In this document: piece after piece, positions 29,876 through 39,060 of the stretch
Layout of the letters: each line of letters opens with the position of its first letter
Position numbering within the stretch: position 1 is the first letter of the stretch
Source of the DNA: a virus
Lineage: Duplodnaviria > Caudoviricetes
Length of the DNA: 59,332 nt
Reading direction: 5' to 3' (one strand)
IMG/VR virus record: IMGVR_UViG_3300007522_000023
Span: 1-59,332 of that record
Program-made: the position numbers and the translations under genes
The notes under the pieces: model-generated
Seen by the model: the letters and a program-made list of their open reading frames with translations, nothing else
The model's database searches: none
Told to the model about the DNA's origin: nothing

Positions 29876-30484
29876 ATGTCTCGTATCGGAATATGTATAA
29901 ATGAGGTATTAAGAGATTTTATTAGTCAGTTAGCCTACACATATGAAAAGTATGTCGATAATATCGATATAACTGAAAAAGATGTAACTAACTATAATTT
30001 AATCGAATTCTTTAAATTTGATAATATCAACAAATTTAATTCGTTTCTATATTTAGAGGCACCTCTAGAAATATTTGGTCATGCCGACCAAATGTCGGAT
30101 GGTTTAATGAACCATTTTAATAACTTTTTAACCAACATCAAAGACGATGAAGAACATGAAATTATTCTTACTAGTCTTGAGATTGAAAAAAGTATCCCAT
30201 CAACACTATTCTTCTTATCTAAAACTGGTTGTAGAGCTGACAATATTAAATTTGTTAGTAAATATGAACAAGAATGGGATGGTATTGATGTATTAATAAG
30301 TGCTAATCCAAGAGCTTTAGAATGTAAACCAAAAGGTAAAATAAGCGTTAAGGTAAAGGCATCTTACAATAAAGATGTATCTGCGGACTATGAGATAGAA
30401 TCAATATTGGATTTTATAAATGATGAAGATTTAAGAAATAGAATCTTAAATACCAAAATAACAACTTACGAAGAAATAAATTAA
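29876..30484 (+). CDS. 5'(3')-nucleotidase (NT5C/HAD)-like protein with degenerate motif I
   Basis: IGICINEVLRDF aligns to the IGIDIDGVLRD pattern; YLEAPLEIFGHA and TLFFLSK segments. Confidence 0.55.
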   Translation: MSRIGICINEVLRDFISQLAYTYEKYVDNIDITEKDVTNYNLIEFFKFDNINKFNSFLYLEAPLEIFGHADQMSDGLMNHFNNFLTNIKDDEEHEIILTSLEIEKSIPSTLFFLSKTGCRADNIKFVSKYEQEWDGIDVLISANPRALECKPKGKISVKVKASYNKDVSADYEIESILDFINDEDLRNRILNTKITTYEEIN

Positions 30485-30485
30485 A

Positions 30486-30848
30486 ATGATAGAATTTGGT
30501 GGAAATATTTATTATATAGATATTAGTGCAATTGAAAACATAGTTAAACCATCAGGGCTTGACCCAAGTGATTTAATTACTGATACAGAAACAAAAACAA
30601 TATTAGACAGTACCGACATCAAAACTAGTACTGAGATAATTCAAGTTACTAGAGAAAGAGGTCGTGAAATGGATGCTGCTAAATATGATATCGTAAGATT
30701 GATGTTAGACGTATTAATGGATGGTAATAACGAAAACGAAGATGATTCATTGGGTCTCGATAGAGCATTAGATAAAACATCCTTACCATTCAAAATAGCA
30801 TTTAACTCATTAATAAAATATGGTATACTAAAAGAAGTAGAAGATTAG
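30486..30848 (+). CDS. Hypothetical protein
   Basis: 120-aa ORF in operon context. Confidence 0.7.
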   Translation: MIEFGGNIYYIDISAIENIVKPSGLDPSDLITDTETKTILDSTDIKTSTEIIQVTRERGREMDAAKYDIVRLMLDVLMDGNNENEDDSLGLDRALDKTSLPFKIAFNSLIKYGILKEVED

Positions 30849-30894
30849 ACCCACACTGAAAATAACAAAATAATAAAAATAAAATAAAAATAAA

Positions 30895-32043
30895 ATGGAA
30901 GACAAAACAAAAATTCAAGAACAAATTAGTGAGGTAAAATCTATTATCGATAAATTAGATAAAAAAGATTTTACAATGTATTTTTTTACATTAGACACAA
31001 AGGGTAACCCAAGTGCTGGTATTGCAAATATATATGAACATGTTAAAACATTAAATGAATTAGGCTTTAAAGCTGTTATTCTTCATGAAAAAAATGACTA
31101 TAAATTTGAAATTGACCAAGATGGTCAAGGTCTTTCAGATTGGTTAGGTGCTGAATATTCTGCATTACCACACATTTCAATTGAGAGTCAAGAATTAAAG
31201 GTTGGGCCATCTGACTTTATTATTATTCCAGAGATTTTCTCAAACATAATGGACCAAGTCAAAGGATTTCCTTGTAAGAAAATAGTTTTTTCACAAAACT
31301 ACGATTATTTACTAGAATTATTAAATCTTGGTAAACGTTGGAATGTTGATTATGGATTTAATGATGTAATTACGACTAGTATTAAACAAGCGAATTACGT
31401 TAAATCATTATTCCCTTCTATCAATACTCATGTAATTCCAGTATCGATACCTTCTTATTTTGTAGAAAGTGAGAAACCTAAAGTTCCAATTATTTCTATT
31501 GTTACTAGAAATCAAGGTGATTCTGCTAAAATTGTGAAATCTTTCTGTTTACAATATCCAATTTATAAATGGGTTACTTTTAGAGAATTAAGAGGCTTAC
31601 CAAGAAAAGAATTTGCCACTGAATTAGGCAAGTCTTGTTTAGCTGTTTGGATTGATGACCAATCTGGTTTTGGTACCTTCCCATTAGAAGCTATGGAGTG
31701 CAATACACCAATTATCGGTAAAATCCCTAACATGGTACCAGAATGGATGGAATCAAAAGACGAAGCTGGTAATTCAGTTATTAAAAACAATGGTATTTGG
31801 ACAAACACAACATTAAATATCCCAGAATTAATCGCAACATATTTAAAAGTATGGTTCGAAGATTCTTTACCAGAAAATTTATTAACTTCTATGAAAGAAA
31901 GTACTGGTAAGTATACTTTAGAAAACCAAAAAACAGTCTTAAGCTCAGTTTACACTAACATTCAAGAAAATAGAATTAACGAATTAAAAATAACACTAGA
32001 ACGTTTAGAAGAATCTTTAATAGAAACAACTAACGCTCAATAA
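30895..32043 (+). CDS. GT-B fold glycosyltransferase-like protein
   Basis: AGIANIYEHV..L, IIIPE, SGFGTFPLEAMEC. Confidence 0.8.
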   Translation: MEDKTKIQEQISEVKSIIDKLDKKDFTMYFFTLDTKGNPSAGIANIYEHVKTLNELGFKAVILHEKNDYKFEIDQDGQGLSDWLGAEYSALPHISIESQELKVGPSDFIIIPEIFSNIMDQVKGFPCKKIVFSQNYDYLLELLNLGKRWNVDYGFNDVITTSIKQANYVKSLFPSINTHVIPVSIPSYFVESEKPKVPIISIVTRNQGDSAKIVKSFCLQYPIYKWVTFRELRGLPRKEFATELGKSCLAVWIDDQSGFGTFPLEAMECNTPIIGKIPNMVPEWMESKDEAGNSVIKNNGIWTNTTLNIPELIATYLKVWFEDSLPENLLTSMKESTGKYTLENQKTVLSSVYTNIQENRINELKITLERLEESLIETTNAQ

Positions 32044-32055
32044 AAAATAAAAAAT

Positions 32056-32853
32056 ATGGAAAAGACAAATATATCGGTAATTTTACCAATTCATGAATTG
32101 AATGACGAAACTAAAAAATATTTAGATAACGCTATCGAAAGTGTTATTGCTCAAACAGCAAGACCAGATGAATTGGTAATTGTTGCACCTAAAGGAAGCG
32201 ATGTAGTTACATACTTAAAAACTTTAGAATATGGTGATTATAAAAAATCTGTGGTTATTGCTGAAAATGATGGACTTACAGATTTTGCATCACAGATTAA
32301 TTATGGTGTTAGCGTTGCTAAAACTGAATGGTTTTCAGTATTGGAGCTAGATGATGAATACGCTAGTATTTGGTTTAAAAATGCTATTAAATATAGAGAA
32401 GCACATCAAAATGTTGATTTATTTTTACCAATAATCGTAGATGTTGATGCTGATGGTCAATTTATTGGATTTAGCAATGAAGCTGTATGGGCACAAAGTT
32501 TTTCAGATGAATTAGGTATTTTAGATTTAAATGCATTACTAGCTTATCAAAACTTTAATATTGATGGAATGGTTATTAAAAAAGAAGTTTTTGAAAGTTT
32601 AGGTGGTATTAAAGCTGGTATTAAATTAATGTTTAATTACGAATTCTTATTACGTATGACGTTTAAAGATGTTAGAGTAATGATTATACCTCGCTTTGGA
32701 TATAAACATTTAAACCTTCGTGAAGGGTCTTTATTCCACTCATATAAAGAACAGATTGACCCAGTTGAGGCAAGATGGTGGCTAGCTCAAGCTAAAAAAG
32801 AATATTACCATACAAAAGATAGAGGGATAACATATGACACACTGAATGCATAA
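32056..32853 (+). CDS. GT2 glycosyltransferase
   Basis: ISVILPIH, AIESV..Q, IN.G, LELDD, YEFLLR. Confidence 0.85.
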   Translation: MEKTNISVILPIHELNDETKKYLDNAIESVIAQTARPDELVIVAPKGSDVVTYLKTLEYGDYKKSVVIAENDGLTDFASQINYGVSVAKTEWFSVLELDDEYASIWFKNAIKYREAHQNVDLFLPIIVDVDADGQFIGFSNEAVWAQSFSDELGILDLNALLAYQNFNIDGMVIKKEVFESLGGIKAGIKLMFNYEFLLRMTFKDVRVMIIPRFGYKHLNLREGSLFHSYKEQIDPVEARWWLAQAKKEYYHTKDRGITYDTLNA

Positions 32854-33810
32854 ATGGTTATTAAACGAGGACGAAAAAGAAAAAACGACATGTATTTTGG
32901 TCCAGACGAAGAAGCTGCCGTTGTTAAATTTTTAGAATTCAGAGAGATACATATAATTGATTTTGTTAAGGGTCTACCCTTAACAATAAAACATAATTTA
33001 GGTAAAGAAATAAGTATTGATGCATCATATGTTATACCAAACTTAAATGCGTATAGTACTGATAATAAATTAATTGAGATATATGTACCCTTAGATATTA
33101 AAGATTATAAGGAAAACAGTGTTACTATAACACCAGACGAAACTGTGTCTGGTGCTACGGTGATAGTTATTGACACCATCAATAGAGATTTAATATTTAC
33201 TAAATGGTTAAATGCGCCAATAGCTAAAATGATTGAATCGATAATAAGGAAGTATAAGTTATATAGAAAAGGTTTTACTTTTGAAGAGTTACATATAGAT
33301 ACCTACTCATTTTTGATGACAAAGGTACATAAATTTGAGCCTGGTAGAAATAAAAAAGCTTACTCATACTTTGGAACAATATCTAAAAATTATATTTTAG
33401 GATTATTAATAAAGGATGATAAATACATTAATCAAACAGCATCTTATGAAGACGTAGCTTCTAACATTCAAGGAAGGAAAGATTTAACGTATCATATAGA
33501 CAATTATGATGACACTATGGAAGACTTTATTAAAAAGTTATTAGATGGCATTAAAGATGAGTTAAATGATGATGATTTACCAGCTAAAAAGAAACTTAAT
33601 GAAAATGAAAGAAAAATAGGTTACGTTTTACTTGAGATTCTAGAAAATTGGGAAACTGCTTTTGAATCCATGAGTGGTGGGTCAAAATATAATAAGAATT
33701 CTGTTTTAGAAACAATTAGAAATTATACTAATTTGTCAACTAAAGATATTAGGATTGCAATGAAACGTTTTAAATGTCTTTATGATTTACTAAAATTGGA
33801 TGATTTATAG
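32854..33810 (+). CDS. Phage sigma factor (gp55-like, region 2) with an inserted beta-rich segment
   Basis: KMIESIIRKY...LM.K.HKFEP...KAYSYFGTISKNYI resembles sigma region 2.1-2.4 (F[DE]P..K.YSY). Confidence 0.7.
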   Translation: MVIKRGRKRKNDMYFGPDEEAAVVKFLEFREIHIIDFVKGLPLTIKHNLGKEISIDASYVIPNLNAYSTDNKLIEIYVPLDIKDYKENSVTITPDETVSGATVIVIDTINRDLIFTKWLNAPIAKMIESIIRKYKLYRKGFTFEELHIDTYSFLMTKVHKFEPGRNKKAYSYFGTISKNYILGLLIKDDKYINQTASYEDVASNIQGRKDLTYHIDNYDDTMEDFIKKLLDGIKDELNDDDLPAKKKLNENERKIGYVLLEILENWETAFESMSGGSKYNKNSVLETIRNYTNLSTKDIRIAMKRFKCLYDLLKLDDL

Positions 33811-34061
33811 TGAAAACCTTGACTCAAGGCATTTATGGTAAAACAATATTTATACATGCTTACAAATAAGATGTGAAAGTAAACAATATGAAATCATTAT
33901 AAAAAATATATATTAAATGTAATAAGTACAAAGTGTTTTCAGAGTTTACTAAGACTAAAACATGAATCAGTAGTTATATAAATATTTATAAAATATGTAA
34001 TAATTTGAATAAAACCAGATACTTATAATAAAATAAATAACATAACTTAAACGTAAATAAA

Positions 34062-34448
34062 ATGCCGAGAAAAAAGAAACAAGAGATAGTGATTAATAAC
34101 AATGATTCACTGTCTGGTCTTATGCAAGAAACTTATAATGATGCTTGTTTACAAATTAATGATGCTCAGAAGACCATCAACGAAATGACTTCAAGCGCCA
34201 CACCAACGGATATTGATGACATAACTAAGATTGCCAAAGAAAAAGGTAATCTATTAAAAGTTAAAGATTCAGCGATTAGAATTAAATTGGAACTTGCTAA
34301 ACTACAAAGCGATATTATTAAAAATCGTGGTGATGTTGAAACAACAGTTAATGAGCGAAGTCAAGGTTTAGCATCTTTTGATGATTTTAAAACAATCAGA
34401 GAAATGCTTAAAAAGAATGGAGCTGAACCAAATAACGAAACGGAATAA
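34062..34448 (+). CDS. Helical/coiled-coil hypothetical protein
   Basis: 128-aa ORF downstream of the promoter motif at 34019. Confidence 0.65.
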   Translation: MPRKKKQEIVINNNDSLSGLMQETYNDACLQINDAQKTINEMTSSATPTDIDDITKIAKEKGNLLKVKDSAIRIKLELAKLQSDIIKNRGDVETTVNERSQGLASFDDFKTIREMLKKNGAEPNNETE

Positions 34449-34462
34449 TAAAACAAAGTTAT

Positions 34463-35893
34463 ATGTCTATTTTAGACCAAAAGAAACAAGTTTTCGGGAA
34501 GATAGCAGCAAACAAAACCTTAACTGAAGGCATGCCGAATCTAAAATTAAATTCTTCATTCCCTTCAGTTAACAACAAAACTAATAGCATAACCTTTTTA
34601 ACCGATTTAATCAAATCGTTAATAGGTTATGTTGCTTTGGTTAAAACTGTAGTTGGTATATTAATACACACTTTAGAAAATATAGAGAAAGAGATTAAAT
34701 CAGCATTAAAAGTAGAGTTAAAAAGTATTGTTAGTTGTGGTATAGACCCTAGTCTACCTCCATTTATTAAATCAAGTGGTTCTGGTATTATTATTGAAGT
34801 TAAAAAAATAGATTTTTTATCGTTATTAAAAGTTGACCCCAACTCTGCTGGTGGAAAATTGTTATATAATGATATAACCCCAACATTAACAAATTCAACC
34901 GATTTTAATACTTTTTTATACGGTCTAATACAAAATGATGGTGTTACGAGTACATGGAAAGGTATATTTGATATTACATTTAATTCTATTGGTGTTGGCA
35001 CTACACCAAATAATACAATCACAATAAAAGCCAATGCAAGTTACGATTCAAAAACTCTTAATGATTTAAATAATAATTTTATTAACTCATTAAAACTATT
35101 TAATACTGGAAATATCGTTAGTAAAATTATAGATATTATATTTGGGTCAATATCGTTTAAACTTTCTAAATCTAGGAAACAATTAGATTCTGAAGAAAAG
35201 ATTAATACAGTTATTGATAAAATGATTGATGATAACGCTAATGATACCGTTGATGAAAGTGTTGATGATAGTTATTTTGAATTTAGTAATTCTGAAATAT
35301 CCGTAATTGAAAAACGTTCAAACGAAAAACGAAGAGGAGTAATAAAAATTAAAACTTCAAAAGATGTTGACAGCTCAATATCTTCTGATACATTAAATGA
35401 ATTTACTGAAGAAATTAAAAATACAACAACAACGGAGGGTAAAACTAAAACCCTATCAGACAATCTAGATAGAATGGCTGACGAAAGTGCTGTAAATGTA
35501 GATAATAAAGATAAAGATACTGTTAAACTTAACTTTATTCAGATGATTATAAACAATCTACTTAGAGCCATAATAGGTGTTATACTATCACCAAAAGTTG
35601 TTATTATATTCTTAGTTAATTATAGAATAATTAATGGTCCAACGGGTGAATACACCGATGCTATTGATTTTATAAAAAAGAACAAAGTTTTATTCAATAG
35701 AATGATGAAAAAAATAACAGTTATGATTGTTAAAATATTATTAGCTATTGCCATGAAAAAAATTGCTAAATTAGTTGCTGAATCACAAATAAAAACACGT
35801 ATCGAAAAAAATAAAAATAAATTAACTCAGATACTATCACTAGTTGGTATACCTCAAGAAGTTATCAGTAAAATAAAAAGCTTAACACAATGA
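34463..35893 (+). CDS. Hypothetical, probably tail/baseplate-associated
   Basis: 476-aa ORF in the operon leading to the spike gene. Confidence 0.6.
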   Translation: MSILDQKKQVFGKIAANKTLTEGMPNLKLNSSFPSVNNKTNSITFLTDLIKSLIGYVALVKTVVGILIHTLENIEKEIKSALKVELKSIVSCGIDPSLPPFIKSSGSGIIIEVKKIDFLSLLKVDPNSAGGKLLYNDITPTLTNSTDFNTFLYGLIQNDGVTSTWKGIFDITFNSIGVGTTPNNTITIKANASYDSKTLNDLNNNFINSLKLFNTGNIVSKIIDIIFGSISFKLSKSRKQLDSEEKINTVIDKMIDDNANDTVDESVDDSYFEFSNSEISVIEKRSNEKRRGVIKIKTSKDVDSSISSDTLNEFTEEIKNTTTTEGKTKTLSDNLDRMADESAVNVDNKDKDTVKLNFIQMIINNLLRAIIGVILSPKVVIIFLVNYRIINGPTGEYTDAIDFIKKNKVLFNRMMKKITVMIVKILLAIAMKKIAKLVAESQIKTRIEKNKNKLTQILSLVGIPQEVISKIKSLTQ

Positions 35894-36303
35894 TTTTAAC
35901 CCCTAGTCTATCATCAATTTCTGGTGTTTTAAGAATGATATTATCTGCTTTTATTATTCCAGAAGAACCAATAGCACCACTACCACCACCACTTATACTT
36001 GTTGGTGCTAAACTAAGAACTGGTCTTTCAGCGCAAGCAATTGCCGCTAGGATAATATCAAGACAATCTGAGTCTGGCAGACAAGTAGGTGATGTATTTT
36101 CTGATGGTCCAAATGTTGAACAAACAATGGAACTGATTAGAATTGAGGAAATTGTAAATGCTTTATTAACTGAAGCAGTTGTTAATGTTGTAATACCGCC
36201 TGGTATTTCAGTGCTTACGGTAGGTGTAGGTAATCTTGGTATACCAGTACTATCACAAGGTGCTACAACCTCAATGGGTATTGGCGATGGAATAATAAGA
36301 TAA
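35890..36303 (+). CDS. Hypothetical, possibly spike-tip associated
   Basis: ORF coupled by ATGA overlap; Pro/Gly-rich beta-like C-terminus. Confidence 0.6.
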   Translation: MILTPSLSSISGVLRMILSAFIIPEEPIAPLPPPLILVGAKLRTGLSAQAIAARIISRQSESGRQVGDVFSDGPNVEQTMELIRIEEIVNALLTEAVVNVVIPPGISVLTVGVGNLGIPVLSQGATTSMGIGDGIIR

Positions 36304-36314
36304 AAAGTTTTAAT

Positions 36315-36506
36315 ATGGGTAACGAATATAAAAAAGAATTAGAGGGTAAATCAAATAATGAAATTTTATTTGATATTAAACAATTGGAAGCTGACCACGA
36401 ATCAGTTAAGATTAATATGCTAAAAGATTATGACCGTTTGATTGAAATTGAGGGGAAATTTGATGATGCAAATAAAATATTAGTAAAAAGATTAAAAGGT
36501 GAGTAA
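36315..36506 (+). CDS. Small coiled-coil protein
   Basis: 63-aa ORF filling the gap and overlapping the next start. Confidence 0.6.
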   Translation: MGNEYKKELEGKSNNEILFDIKQLEADHESVKINMLKDYDRLIEIEGKFDDANKILVKRLKGE

Positions 36507-37485
36507 CGGAACAAATAAATTAGGTAACATAGCGGATACTTATAAACAAGATAATTTTAAATATCTTGTTCACGGTATAGTAGAATCTATTGCCGATGAA
36601 TTTGGTATGGGTAGGATTAAAGTTAGAATCAAAGGTGCTGAAAGTGTCGGTGGTGATGATGGAATTGAGAATAAAAATTTACCTTGGTCACATCCGCTTA
36701 TACCTAAACACATATCTACAATACCTAAAGTAGGTGAAATTGTTTGGGTTTTCATAATAAATAATAAAAAGAAACATTCAGATAGGTTATATATTGGACC
36801 ACTAACATCTCAATTACAATTATTAAATAAAGATAGTGGTTTTATTTCACCTTTAAGACCATTTACATTTGGGCAACAAGATGGTGACCAAGCAGTTACT
36901 GGTGAAAAAATTAGTACAACTATTTTACCAGAATTAATTGGTGTCTTCCCTAATCCAGAGGATATATCAATACAAGGTAGATTCAATACAGATATAACAC
37001 AAAAGCACAATCAAATAGTAATAAGAGCTGGTAAATTTGAAACATCTGAAAATAATAAATTTAGAATTAAATTCAATTCAAAAACTCAAGGTTTTATTCA
37101 AATTAAAAACAACGTTATAATTTCAGAAAAAGACGTTGAAGCTAAAGAAAGTGGTACTGTAACGAATATTGTGTCTAATAAAATTAATCTATTAACACAT
37201 AAAGGAGGTTCACCAAGATTTAATCTAACTGACCAAGAACAATTAATTACTGATGAAGAGATGTTAAATATTCTTAATGATGCTCATCAATTACCCTTTG
37301 GTGATGTACTGTTAGATTATTTAAAATTGCTTAAGAATGCGATACTTAGTCATGTTCATAATGGTAACGGTAATCCATCTACAGATTTAACGTCTTCTGG
37401 CAATATTCAATCAATAGCTAATTTAAAAGCAAACGCTAAAGATTTAGAAAATAAAATGTTATCTAAAAACATTCGAATTAATTAA
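36499..37485 (+). CDS. Baseplate central spike (gp5/gpV-like OB-fold)
   Basis: G.V....D....GRIKVRI...LPW..P......PKVGE.VWV N-terminal OB-fold and C-terminal HVH metal-binding tip motif. Confidence 0.8.
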   Translation: MSNGTNKLGNIADTYKQDNFKYLVHGIVESIADEFGMGRIKVRIKGAESVGGDDGIENKNLPWSHPLIPKHISTIPKVGEIVWVFIINNKKKHSDRLYIGPLTSQLQLLNKDSGFISPLRPFTFGQQDGDQAVTGEKISTTILPELIGVFPNPEDISIQGRFNTDITQKHNQIVIRAGKFETSENNKFRIKFNSKTQGFIQIKNNVIISEKDVEAKESGTVTNIVSNKINLLTHKGGSPRFNLTDQEQLITDEEMLNILNDAHQLPFGDVLLDYLKLLKNAILSHVHNGNGNPSTDLTSSGNIQSIANLKANAKDLENKMLSKNIRIN

Positions 37486-37516
37486 GGTTTAGTGATATTT
37501 ATTAATAAAACAAATC

Positions 37517-38917
37517 ATGGTAATACGTACATATTTTGATAAAAACAATACAATTGTAAGCAATTCAACTATAAATACTGGGTTAAACCCAGTTACTGAA
37601 TTATTTTATGGTGGTGGTATTGGTCTAGAACGATACAGTAGATTTTTATTTCATTTTGATGAAACTAGATTAAAGGCATTATATACTGGAAACACATACA
37701 CAGACTTAAGTAAACTTAAACATACTTTAAGGATGACCAATACTGGTAGTTTTGATAAAGACTTATTAAACACTATGTTGGGTGCAAAAGATAGAACATC
37801 CTCTTTCGACCTTATGCTTTTTAAAATCCAACAACCATGGGATAATGGTGTTGGATATGATTTTGAAGCATCTATTTCTAATAATACAGTATACTCAACA
37901 TTACCATCTAACTGGGCCAGTCCACAAACTGGTATTTCATGGAATGGTGGTACTGGAGTTTATTCTGGTTCACCTTCTGGTATTACTGTAACAACGCAAC
38001 ATTTTGATAAAGGCAATGAAAATATAGAAATGGACATTAGTGATTATGTAAATGGTGTACTTACTGGTGACACCAATCATGGCTTAGGTATTGCATTTCC
38101 TCGTTCATTTGAACTTTTAAATACCACTAAATTAAAATACGTTGGTTTCTTCACAAACAATACTCAAACATTTTACGAACCTTTTATTGAAACTGTTTAT
38201 AATAACCATATTACTGATGATAGAAATAACTTCTATTTAGACAAGAGTAATAAACTTTATCTTTATGTAAACGTAGGTGGTTCTCCAACTAATTTGGATT
38301 CATTACCCTCAGTTAACGTATTCGATGCGTCTAACACACTATTTAGTGCTTATACTACCTCAGGTGTCAATCACATAACAAAAGGTGTTTATTCAATAGA
38401 CATAAACGTTCCTACATCACCAACAAATTCTTGCACTATGTATAATGATGTATGGACTGGTATCACTATTAATGGTATATCTAGACCAAATATTGAGTTA
38501 TCGTTCGTCATGGTAGATTCAATGGATTATTATGACATTGGTGATAGTGGTTCTTTGCCTAAAAAAGTAGCTGTAAATGTAACTGGTATTCAAAATAAAG
38601 AAAAAATTAAAAGAGGTGATATTCGTAAAGTTTTAGTATCGGCTAGAATACCATATACTGTAGAACAAGCTCAAAATATAAGTGATATTAAGTATAGAAT
38701 TTATGTTCTAGAGGGAACTTCAGAATTAACAGTCATAGATTTTCAACCAGTCGAAATTAGTAATAATAATTATTATTTTTTACTAGACACTGAGAGTTTA
38801 ATTCCTAATACATATTATTTAGATATTTTAGTTACGTCAAACTTAGAGGTAACAACACTAAAAAATAGATTAGCGTTCGAAATCATTAATCAAGTAGAAT
38901 TAAGAAAAGGTCAATAA
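37517..38917 (+). CDS. Beta-rich virion structural protein
   Basis: Promoter motif at 37495; SRFLFHFD, W..G.G, NW, MDISDYV, GLGIAF, PFIE pattern resembles DNRLRE-like carbohydrate-binding folds, followed by Ig-like segments. Confidence 0.6.
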   Translation: MVIRTYFDKNNTIVSNSTINTGLNPVTELFYGGGIGLERYSRFLFHFDETRLKALYTGNTYTDLSKLKHTLRMTNTGSFDKDLLNTMLGAKDRTSSFDLMLFKIQQPWDNGVGYDFEASISNNTVYSTLPSNWASPQTGISWNGGTGVYSGSPSGITVTTQHFDKGNENIEMDISDYVNGVLTGDTNHGLGIAFPRSFELLNTTKLKYVGFFTNNTQTFYEPFIETVYNNHITDDRNNFYLDKSNKLYLYVNVGGSPTNLDSLPSVNVFDASNTLFSAYTTSGVNHITKGVYSIDINVPTSPTNSCTMYNDVWTGITINGISRPNIELSFVMVDSMDYYDIGDSGSLPKKVAVNVTGIQNKEKIKRGDIRKVLVSARIPYTVEQAQNISDIKYRIYVLEGTSELTVIDFQPVEISNNNYYFLLDTESLIPNTYYLDILVTSNLEVTTLKNRLAFEIINQVELRKGQ

Positions 38918-38921
38918 AAAC

Positions 38922-38951
38922 TTGACCTCTTAATAAAATTAACTATATTTA
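38922..38951 (+). promoter_or_regulatory. Host-type promoter TTG-N19-TATATTTA
   Basis: TTGACC at 38922 and TATATTTA at 38944. Confidence 0.55.
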
Positions 38952-38954
38952 TAC

Positions 38955-39060
38955 ATGCGTTAACTCCACAGTATTAGTCCCGACCATTAAAACGGTTTAG
39001 AGTTGTGTTAAAACAACAAAGGTATTAGTCCAATAATAACAAATATTAGAAAGTTAAAAT
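38955..39060 (+). ncRNA. Candidate structured 5' leader RNA
   Basis: TAACTC/GAGTTG and GACC/GGTT stems; GTATTAGTCC twice (38971, 39022) and TTAAAAC twice (38987, 39008). Confidence 0.4.

Noticed and set aside
32938-33171. Sigma insertion as an intein or intron
   Set aside because: No Cys/Ser start with His-Asn end, too short, and the frame is uninterrupted.
34062-34448. Small terminase subunit
   Set aside because: Size and helicity fit, but it is far from terL and no diagnostic motif is recognisable.
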